From NCBI RefSeq assembly GCF_006345805.1, contig NW_021830080.1:1-5340 (forward strand): a DNA stretch of 5,340 bases, given 5' to 3'. The notes under the pieces were generated by a model. The model ran no database searches. It was not told where the DNA came from and was given only the letters and a program-made list of their open reading frames with translations. The translations under genes were made by a program, and so were the position numbers. The DNA comes from Octopus sinensis. Its lineage: Eukaryota. This document shows, one piece after another, positions 1 through 5,340 of the stretch (position 1 is the first letter of the stretch; each line of letters starts with the position of its first letter).

Positions 1-1743
1 TTTGAGCTACTCGGCTACAAAAGACACAAGTTTTACAATGCTCTCCTTTTACAATGCTCTTACGTTATATCTACTCGCGCGTGTCTTATAATATTTTGAT
101 TCATTGGCTATGGACAATGGGCAGTTTTATTTTCAGGACACGAAGCGTTGACATGTAATTACAAAATTCGACATGTCCATCAGTAGCCCTCGTGGCTTCT
201 TTTACGTGAAGGATGCCACGACGGTCCAATGAAATTACCTCTTCTCTTAAAAGATATGAACAACACGGTGTTGATATGCGGTGTATTTTGTTACAATTAA
301 ACACTTAATACATATAACAATTCCTAACATAAAAACAAAACCAAACATTTTGGGAATATAATGCCCTCGATAATATGGCCCTCAGTACTTGAGAAGTACT
401 TTACTTATTATCAACTTAAATTGATAGAAAACAAATCTTTGTTCCGACAAGCTTTGTTGACTTAACACTAATAATATCATTACAAAAGCACGCTAATACA
501 GAATTGATAAAAGAATAGTCATTTAGTAATACGACTATACGAACCTCAAAATACCTACCTAAACAGCAGTGGCAAACTGAATTGTAAGGGTGTCATTAAA
601 GCCTTCATCTTCGTATACTGTATCAAGAGATAAGTCACTTTAAAAAAAGTTATCCTTCTCCAAGTATGCACACAAAAGGAATTAAATTCAACGACGCGAG
701 TTAACGAAACAACCGTTCTTCTTACAACACTAGTGCCCACAGTGATGAATCATTACTGTCTCTAACGGTACCTACTTACAGCTTAATTAATTAATATTTT
801 AAGGGTTGTCTTGCGCAAACAATGTGCAACAACGTGTATAACAGCAATGCCATTAATTTTTTCGCTGGTCATCCGCAACGATATCTACTTAGAAATACGC
901 TATTTCAATATAGTTTGATCAGACTGCTAATGGACCATACAGCTGGTAAAACGATTGCTCGACTGATAAAAATATTGAAGTATTGAAGGCAGGGTGAGTT
1001 ATATAACACTTTGTATTAAAAGGAAGCAATTGATCTACTCCAAGTAATAAGAAGATAGCTAAGCACAACAAGATAACAAAACTAATTGCATTGTTGTTTT
1101 TGCCACATTTAACATTGGGTTGCACATATTTATACCTAAATTAGGCCAGTGAGTACTAAGTGTGCCTTACTTACAACGTACACTGCGTAATGATGATTAG
1201 TATATAAGGAGCAAATAACCCATTCATTGTCAGTCAGTACAATCACTATCCATCTATCTATCCGTTGACAACTCCAGCCTATCAATGTTTAACTGGCAAA
1301 ATAATATGGAAATCTGGTAACCAATAAAATTTAGAACAACGCACATCAATCATTCTACGTAAAAAACTGAACCAATGAAGGAGCCTTTGCTGGATCTACA
1401 AGAAAACCCGTTTTCCATCGTCTTAAAAAAAGAACTCAGTAAATAATGTAGTCGAACAGAGTGATCTTGACAGAAATGTCTTTGATCTTAGATCTTCTCG
1501 ACCAGACCTCTCTTAGGAGACTAAACAACGATATCAAATTGAGAACAGAGGTGTAGCAAACATCAGTATAGTTTTTCATTTAGCAATGAGCAATTCTTGG
1601 ATAAAAACAAGGACTAGGAATGTTACAGCTGCTTTCGGGATGCTCAGATCCATATGGAGATCATTGACCTTATCAACAAACACGAAACTCAAGATTTTTA
1701 ACAGGAACTTAAATATGGTTCTTTTGAACGCATGTGTAACATG

Positions 1744-2053
1744 CTGTTTTGTTTGTTCCTTCTCGAGCCATGCCTAGCTCATAAGGACTGGTTTCCTGGT
1801 TTCTTGGCGTATAGGTTCCCCAACCGGACGGGACGCCGGTCCGTCGCAGGTGAGCTGCAAGATGCAGGAGGAAAGAGGGAGAGAAAGTTGTAGCAAAAGA
1901 ATCAGCAGAAGTTTCGCCATTACCTTCTGCCAGAGCTGCGTGGAGCTTAGGTGTTTCGCTCATAAACACACACATCGTCCGGTCTGAGATTCGAACCCGC
2001 GATCCCTCGACCGTGAGTCCGCTGCTCTAACCACTAGGCCATGTGCCTCCACA
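1744..2053 (-). mobile_element. Full-length tRNA-derived SINE (SINE-A, about 310 bp; resembles an octopus SINE family)
   Basis: The minus strand begins GTGGAGGCACATGGCCTAGTGGTTAGAGCAGCGGACTCACGGTCGAGGGATCGCGGGTTCGAATCTCAG, a tRNA-like head with A box TGGCCTAGTGG and B box GGTTCGAATCT. It ends in a short AAC-type tail (GAAGGAACAAACAAAAC). It is flanked by the perfect 13-bp direct repeat CATGTGTAACATG and is a GC/CpG-rich island in AT-rich surroundings. Confidence 0.92.
1987..2041 (-). promoter_or_regulatory. Internal RNA polymerase III type-2 promoter of SINE-A (A box 2031-2041, B box 1987-1997)
   Basis: Minus-strand TGGCCTAGTGG fits the A box consensus TRGCNNAGYGG, and GGTTCGAATCT fits the B box consensus GGTTCGANNCC with one mismatch. 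Spacing is tRNA-like. Activity is not shown. Confidence 0.75.
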
Positions 2054-2734
2054 CATGTGTAACATGGCAAGTTACAGAGTTATCCATTGACGGGCTCTAC
2101 ACGTTTGTCAATAGATGTCTCCGGTAAATCCTTCAAGTGAGTTTGCAAAACAGACTCATAAAGAAGGCTTTGGGGTAACAGGTGAAGTAGCAGCCTATCG
2201 AAACCCAGATCAAGAGGACGAAACGAGGTTAGCTGGGACACAGCATACAGAAACCTGTTTCCACGATTACAAGACAAACCCTCCGATGGATACCTTAAAG
2301 TAGACGGAAGCGTAGTAGATCAAAAACAATATGGACAAGGTCCGCAGAAACTCAAGCACTGGATGGTGGTTACCCTTGAGGACAACTGCAATCTGATGCC
2401 AAAGATAGAGACAAATGGAGATCCGTTATTGGCGCTCCATGTTCTGCATGGAGTCAAAGGAACTAAGCAGAAAGATGTCTTGAATATAAGACATTGAATA
2501 CGGCAATTCTTCAAGTTAAAGAAGTAGGGGCTAGAAGCAACAGAGTATGGGTGTAAATACATTTTTAAAGTATTTATTTTCATCATACTGCATTCAGAAA
2601 TTAAACACCAGTAACGTTGGTTTGATATTGATTTCAAATTTTGGTGTCAGGCCAGCAATTTCGAAGGAGCGGGATAGTGGATTACATTAACTCCAGTGAT
2701 TAGCTGGTACGTATTTTATCGATTTCGAAAGGAT

Positions 2735-2836
2735 CACGCGGTCGTTAGCCTCAAATCACCAGGCCTGGTCGGCGTTTGTGAGAGATGCAGCATTGAGGAT
2801 GAATGAAGCCAGCTCAACCCACCCCGAGTGAATGCT

Positions 2837-2868
<32 letters not shown>

Positions 2869-2943
2869 AAGAAGAAGAAGAAGAAGAAGAAGAAGAAGAA
2901 GAAGAAGAAGAAGAAGAAGAAGAAGAAGAAGAAGAAGAAAGAA
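2735..2943 (+). mobile_element. Extremely 5'-truncated RTE-like LINE 3' end (RTE-B) with (AAG)n tail, inserted into SINE-B
   Basis: 2736-2831 translates without internal stops to TRSLASNHQAWSAFVRDAALRMNEASSTHPE*, which resembles RTE C-termini (LA.DR.AW.AFVRD....A.STRPG*). The stop is followed after 7 nt by the (AAG)n tail. The insert is bounded by the 14-bp duplication GATTTCGAAAGGAT (2721-2734) / GATTTCGTAAGGAT (2944-2957), with one mismatch. The insertion and TSD are seen directly; the family assignment is by recall. Confidence 0.78.
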
Positions 2944-2944
2944 G
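2839..2944 (+). repeat. (AAG)33-AAAG-AAG trinucleotide microsatellite (tail of RTE-B)
   Basis: Counted directly: 33 perfect AAG units at 2839-2937, one AAAG, then one AAG. It is the source of the poly-Lys and poly-Ser ORFs in the track. Confidence 0.97.
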
Positions 2945-3481
2945 ATTTCGTAAGGATGAAAGGCAAAGTCGACCTCGGCAAAATTTGAACTTAGAACGTA
3001 AGGACGGTCGAAATGCTGCTAAGCATTTTGACCGGTGAGCTGACAATTCCGCCAGCTCACCGCCTTGGTCGGCTTTGATATTCACCTCTGATACTGGCAG
3101 AGCTAAACTTTAACAAGTATGTAACTGGGTCGAATCAAACAGTTATACCTAGTCGTGCTGATACTGTTTGTGTTTGAAGCCCTTCCTTCAATTCAAGATA
3201 CAGGTTATACAAATAGCTTCATACATTTCATCGGTTTTAAGTGAATGTATCTCTGACAGCTAAATTTGCTTTATGCTGCTTGTATTCCTAGTAAACTGGC
3301 ATCAATAGATGAGTGAGAAGAGTCACTGCCTCCGAGGCTGTTGAGTGCCATCAAAAACTTTTTGTATGAGTAGTTTCGAGAAGTGAAATGTAAATATTGC
3401 TCCTGTTGAAATCGAACCGACATCATCAGCTTACAGGATAGAGATATTACCAAACATCATACATACGACTGTTAACTCGAC

Positions 3482-3503
3482 AACGAAACGAAACGAAACG
3501 AAA
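3482..3503. repeat. (CGAAA)4 pentanucleotide repeat
   Basis: AACGAAACGAAACGAAACGAAA read directly. Confidence 0.85.
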
Positions 3504-3573
3504 AACATTAAGCAAGTAGAAATACAGCTACATTAAACTTAAAACTGAGGTCAAAATACAGGGAAAAAGGAGC

Positions 3574-3627
3574 GAAAGAGAGAGGGAAAGAGAGAGACAG
3601 AGAAAGAGAGAGACAGAGAGAGAGAGA
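3574..3627. repeat. GA-rich polypurine microsatellite with a 16-bp tandem duplication (GAAAGAGAGAGACAGA x2, 3586-3617)
   Basis: Read directly. Confidence 0.9.
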
Positions 3628-3941
3628 ACCAATGAAGAAAACTAATGGAATTATTTTTCTTTCATTCCCATCCTATAAAATAGTTCACCCTAAAGATGTG
3701 AAAGGTCATATAAATTTTCCTTCAGTTGCGGAACATCATTAACCCTTATACGATTCAATTATATTTCAATGCTGTCCTATAAATAATATAAAGTCCAAAA
3801 ACAGAAGAAAAAATAATCAAGATGGCGTATGAATTATTAAAGATGAGCACGGCGGTAGAACATCCGTTTGATTATAATTACACTTCCGCTTTAAAAAAGA
3901 AAATTGTATATAAACAATGCACAGTTGCGAGGCTGAAAGTA

Positions 3942-4067
3942 TATACACATTCATATAATTATATCCACACATACACACACAAACACGCACACACACATAC
4001 ACATACATACACCACATACGTGTACATATATATATATAATACATATATACTTCTATATACATACATA

Positions 4068-4139
<72 letters not shown>

Positions 4140-4257
4140 CATATACATATATATATACACTCTACATTCATGCATACATGTATATACCATATATATACGT
4201 GTGTATTTTGAGTGCAATCCGTACACATATACATCTTTGTATATGCGCAGTGTTTCC

Positions 4258-4288
<31 letters not shown>

Positions 4289-4345
4289 TCTCGCTCATTC
4301 ACACACAAGTACATACATGCATACACACTCACACTTACCTATATA
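3942..4345. repeat. Compound microsatellite field: (CA)/(TACA) 3960-4020, perfect (TA)32 4072-4135, TA/TACA mosaic to about 4200, (CT)n 4260-4292, (CA)/(TACA) 4296-4345
   Basis: Read directly. It accounts for the [10 protein letters not shown] and SLSL/RERE ORFs. Confidence 0.95.
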
Positions 4346-4454
4346 TACGCAAGGGCAATGTGGATATTCAATATAATAAATACAAAAATAAATGAATACG
4401 CGATATAAAAAACTATATGCGAACGCATTTGTATATTAATGAGTGCACGTCTAT

Positions 4455-4640
4455 GTGCATGTATACATACATACATGCACGCATACATGTACGTAACGGA
4501 TATGTTTGCGAGAGCTTGTGTGTGTGTGTATGTGTGTGATTGATGAGAGGTCATCAGAGTTTAACAATTCTCGATGTGTAAAATGTGAGAAAGAGAGAGA
4601 GAGAAAGATAGGGAGAAAGAGGAAGAAAGAAAGAGAGATA
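4455..4640. repeat. Compound microsatellite: (TACA)/(CATG) mosaic 4455-4495, (TG)n 4517-4538, GA-rich tract 4587-4638
   Basis: Read directly. Confidence 0.88.
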
Positions 4641-4774
4641 TACAAAAAAATAAAGAGCACAAGGGTGAGATAGCAACTTTCACGTTTTATGATTAACGCC
4701 AACTCTTCATAATACTGCCATCTTTCCCATCATTATTTTTGTGATGTTACCCCGCACACGCACTCATTATATAA

Positions 4775-5021
4775 CAAGCATGTGGCTGAGCGCTCCACAG
4801 ACACGTGTACCCTTAATGTAGTTTCTCAGGGACAATCAGCGCGACACAGAGTTGACAATGTTGGCCCTTTGAAATGCAGGTACTACCCATTTTTGCCAGC
4901 TGAGTGGACTGGAGCAACGTGAAATAAGTGTCTTTCCCAAGGACGCAACGCGTTGCCGGGATTTGAACTAACGTCCTTACGATCATAAGCCGAATATCCT
5001 AATCACCAAGCCACGCGCCTT
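4775..5021 (-). mobile_element. tRNA-derived SINE (SINE-C), diverged, 3' end eroded or missing; resembles another octopus SINE family
   Basis: The minus strand reads AAGGCGCGTGGCTTGGTGATTAGGATATTCGGCTTATGATCGTAAGGACGTTAGTTCAAATCCCGGC, with A box TGGCTTGGTGA (5003-5013) and B box GTTCAAATCC (4959-4968). Next comes GTTGCGTCCTTGGGAAAGACACTTATTTCACGTTGCTCCAGTCCACTCAGCTGGCAAAAATGGGTA, which resembles the V-SINE-type central domain (from recall). No convincing TSD; the 3' boundary is approximate. Confidence 0.83.
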
Positions 5022-5044
5022 TATATATATATATATGTATATAT
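5021..5044. repeat. (TA)n microsatellite abutting the 5' end of SINE-C
   Basis: TTATATATATATATATGTATATAT read directly. Confidence 0.9.
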
Positions 5045-5149
5045 GAATGGAATAGTGTAGTAGTGAGGTAGGCATAGAGAATGGGATTGGGTTACTGCAA
5101 GTTGTTTGTTAGAGATGCTAAGGTGAGTTAAAGCTCATAAATGTATATA

Positions 5150-5340
5150 ATGTTTTTTGTGGGTGTGTAAGTATTGTTGTATATGTCGAGTTTAGTGAGT
5201 ATGTATAGGCGTATATGTGAGGGAGTATATGTATCTTTTGTGTGTGAGTGTTTTGCGTGTGAGTGTGTGTTTTGTGTGTGAATGTGTCGTGTGTGTTATT
5301 GGGTTTGTTATTTAGGTTTTGGGATGTATGTGTTAATTTG
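5150..5340. repeat. Degenerate (GT)/(GTAT) low-complexity tract running to the window edge
   Basis: G+T dominated, with only 5 C residues in 5161-5340 and recurring GTGTGT, GAGTGT and GTAT units. Confidence 0.85.

Larger units (their letters stand above)
1731..2066. repeat. 13-bp target-site duplication CATGTGTAACATG (1731-1743 and 2054-2066)
   Basis: Identical direct repeats immediately flank SINE-A. Removing the SINE and one copy restores the RTE reading frame (GCA TGT GTA ACA TGG = A C V T W, cf. GCETW). Confidence 0.93.
1601..2466 (+). mobile_element. Degenerate 5'-truncated RTE-clade non-LTR retrotransposon (LINE), C-terminal post-RT region (RTE-A), interrupted by SINE-A at 1744-2053
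   Basis: Manual translation of 1601-1741 gives IKTRTRNVTAAFGMLRSIWRSLTLSTNTKLKIFNRNLNMVLLNACVT. After removing the SINE and one TSD copy, it continues from 2065 as WQVTELSIDGLYTFVNRCLR*ILQV...QPIETQIKRTKRG*LGHSIQKPVSTITRQTLRWIP*SRRKRSRSKTIWTRSAETQALDGGYP*GQLQSDAKDRDKWRSVIGAPCSAWSQRN*. This follows the familiar RTE C-terminal pattern (R..KARAAF..L..IW.S..LS..TKLRIFN.NV..VLLY.CETW / FVNRCLR.IL / W.W.GH..RK...ITRQAL.WNP.G.R.RGRP..TW / LA.DR..WR..V..LC). Six internal stops (2125, 2176, 2188, 2230, 2296, 2377) show it is dead. The 5' boundary is approximate. Confidence 0.87.
2630..3064 (-). mobile_element. tRNA-derived SINE (SINE-B, about 212 bp once the insert is removed), interrupted by RTE-B at 2735-2943
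   Basis: The minus strand reads GGCGGTGAGCTGGCGGAATTGTCAGC...CTAAGTTCAAATTTTGCCGAGGTCGACTTTGCCTTTCATCC[insert]TTTCGAAATCGATAAAATACGTACCAGC...GAAATTGCTGGCCTGACACCAAAATTTGAAATC. There is an A-box-like TGGCGGAATTG (3044-3054) and a degenerate B box GTTCAAATTT (2981-2990). I recognise it from memory as an abundant octopus SINE. The central GCCTTTCATCC...GATAAAATA.GTACCAG segment resembles, as I recall it, the conserved MetaSINE-type core (unverified). Candidate TSD: TTGG-TTTGATATT (2617-2629) versus TTGG-TCGGC-TTTGATATT (3065-3082). Confidence 0.85.

Noticed and set aside
31-62. 16-bp tandem duplication containing TTTTACAATGCTCT x2 (31-44, 47-60)
   Set aside because: An ordinary two-copy slippage duplication with no spacers; there is no CRISPR-like array here or elsewhere in the window.
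125-230. Plus-strand acceptor TTTTATTTTCAG|G at 136 and a short frame MSISSPRGFFYVKDATTVQ*
   Set aside because: All three frames from the acceptor stop within 50 nt, and the short peptide is unrecognised.
991-999. Strong plus-strand splice donors AGG|GTGAGT (993/994) and AAG|GTGAGT (5122/5123)
   Set aside because: At 993, all frames from the nearby acceptors hit stops. At 5122, the upstream sequence is low complexity. Isolated donors are expected by chance.
555-1125. ORFs 555-740 and 919-1125 (and 2320-2637) on the minus strand as complete genes
   Set aside because: They are short AT-rich frames with no recognisable domain. 2320-2637 is partly antisense to the LINE remnant. Only the 559-617 portion is kept, as a weak exon candidate.
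1985-2052. tRNA-like segments here, at 2981-3064 and at 4955-5021, as tRNA genes
   Set aside because: They lack proper acceptor stems and continue into SINE bodies; SINE-A and probably SINE-B have TSDs. They are SINE heads.
1586-2303. ORFs 1586-1777, 1709-1975, 2080-2277 and 2115-2303 as independent genes
   Set aside because: 1586-1777 is the RTE-A frame running into the SINE tail. The others are SINE sequence or alternative/antisense frames of the dead LINE.
2756-3085. Poly-Ser (2756-3085, -) and poly-Lys (2803-2988, +) ORFs
   Set aside because: They are translations of the stop-free (AAG)n tail plus SINE sequence, not genes.
3817-4702. Seven overlapping ORFs of 64-129 aa rich in YI, HT, VC, SL and ER repeats
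   Set aside because: These are dinucleotide microsatellites lacking stop codons, overlapping on both strands, with no protein-like content.
4767-5027. TTATATA on both sides of SINE-C as a TSD
   Set aside because: The motif is too common in this TA-rich context, and the SINE's 3' end is not defined.
5041-5340. Extreme C depletion (11 C in 300 nt; 4 of the 5 C in 5161-5340 are in CpG), resembling bisulfite-converted DNA
   Set aside because: T-to-C decay of a (GT)n tract automatically produces CpG-context cytosines, and the rest of the window has normal C content. Low-quality assembly cannot be excluded.

Overview
AT-rich, repeat-dense eukaryotic non-coding DNA (intron or intergenic), most likely from an octopus. 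That assignment is an inference from recognising the three tRNA-derived SINE families and the dense TA/CA/GA microsatellites; it was not checked against a database. No host protein-coding gene can be supported, and the long ORFs in the track come from microsatellites or SINE/LINE sequence. The middle of the window (about 1600-3080) is a retroposon cluster with two reciprocal nestings. (1) An old, stop-riddled 3' fragment of an RTE-clade LINE (+, about 1601-2466) is split by a full-length minus-strand SINE (1744-2053) with a perfect 13-bp target-site duplication (TSD). (2) A second minus-strand SINE (about 2630-3064) is split by a roughly 210-bp, 5'-truncated RTE-like 3' end (+) with an (AAG)~35 tail and a 14-bp TSD. 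A third minus-strand SINE lies at about 4775-5021, and a long compound microsatellite field fills most of 3480-5340. I found no convincing previously undescribed biological system. The best leads are the nested insertions, a possible 3'-tail similarity between SINE-A and the LINE it interrupts, and weak candidate exon and promoter signals.
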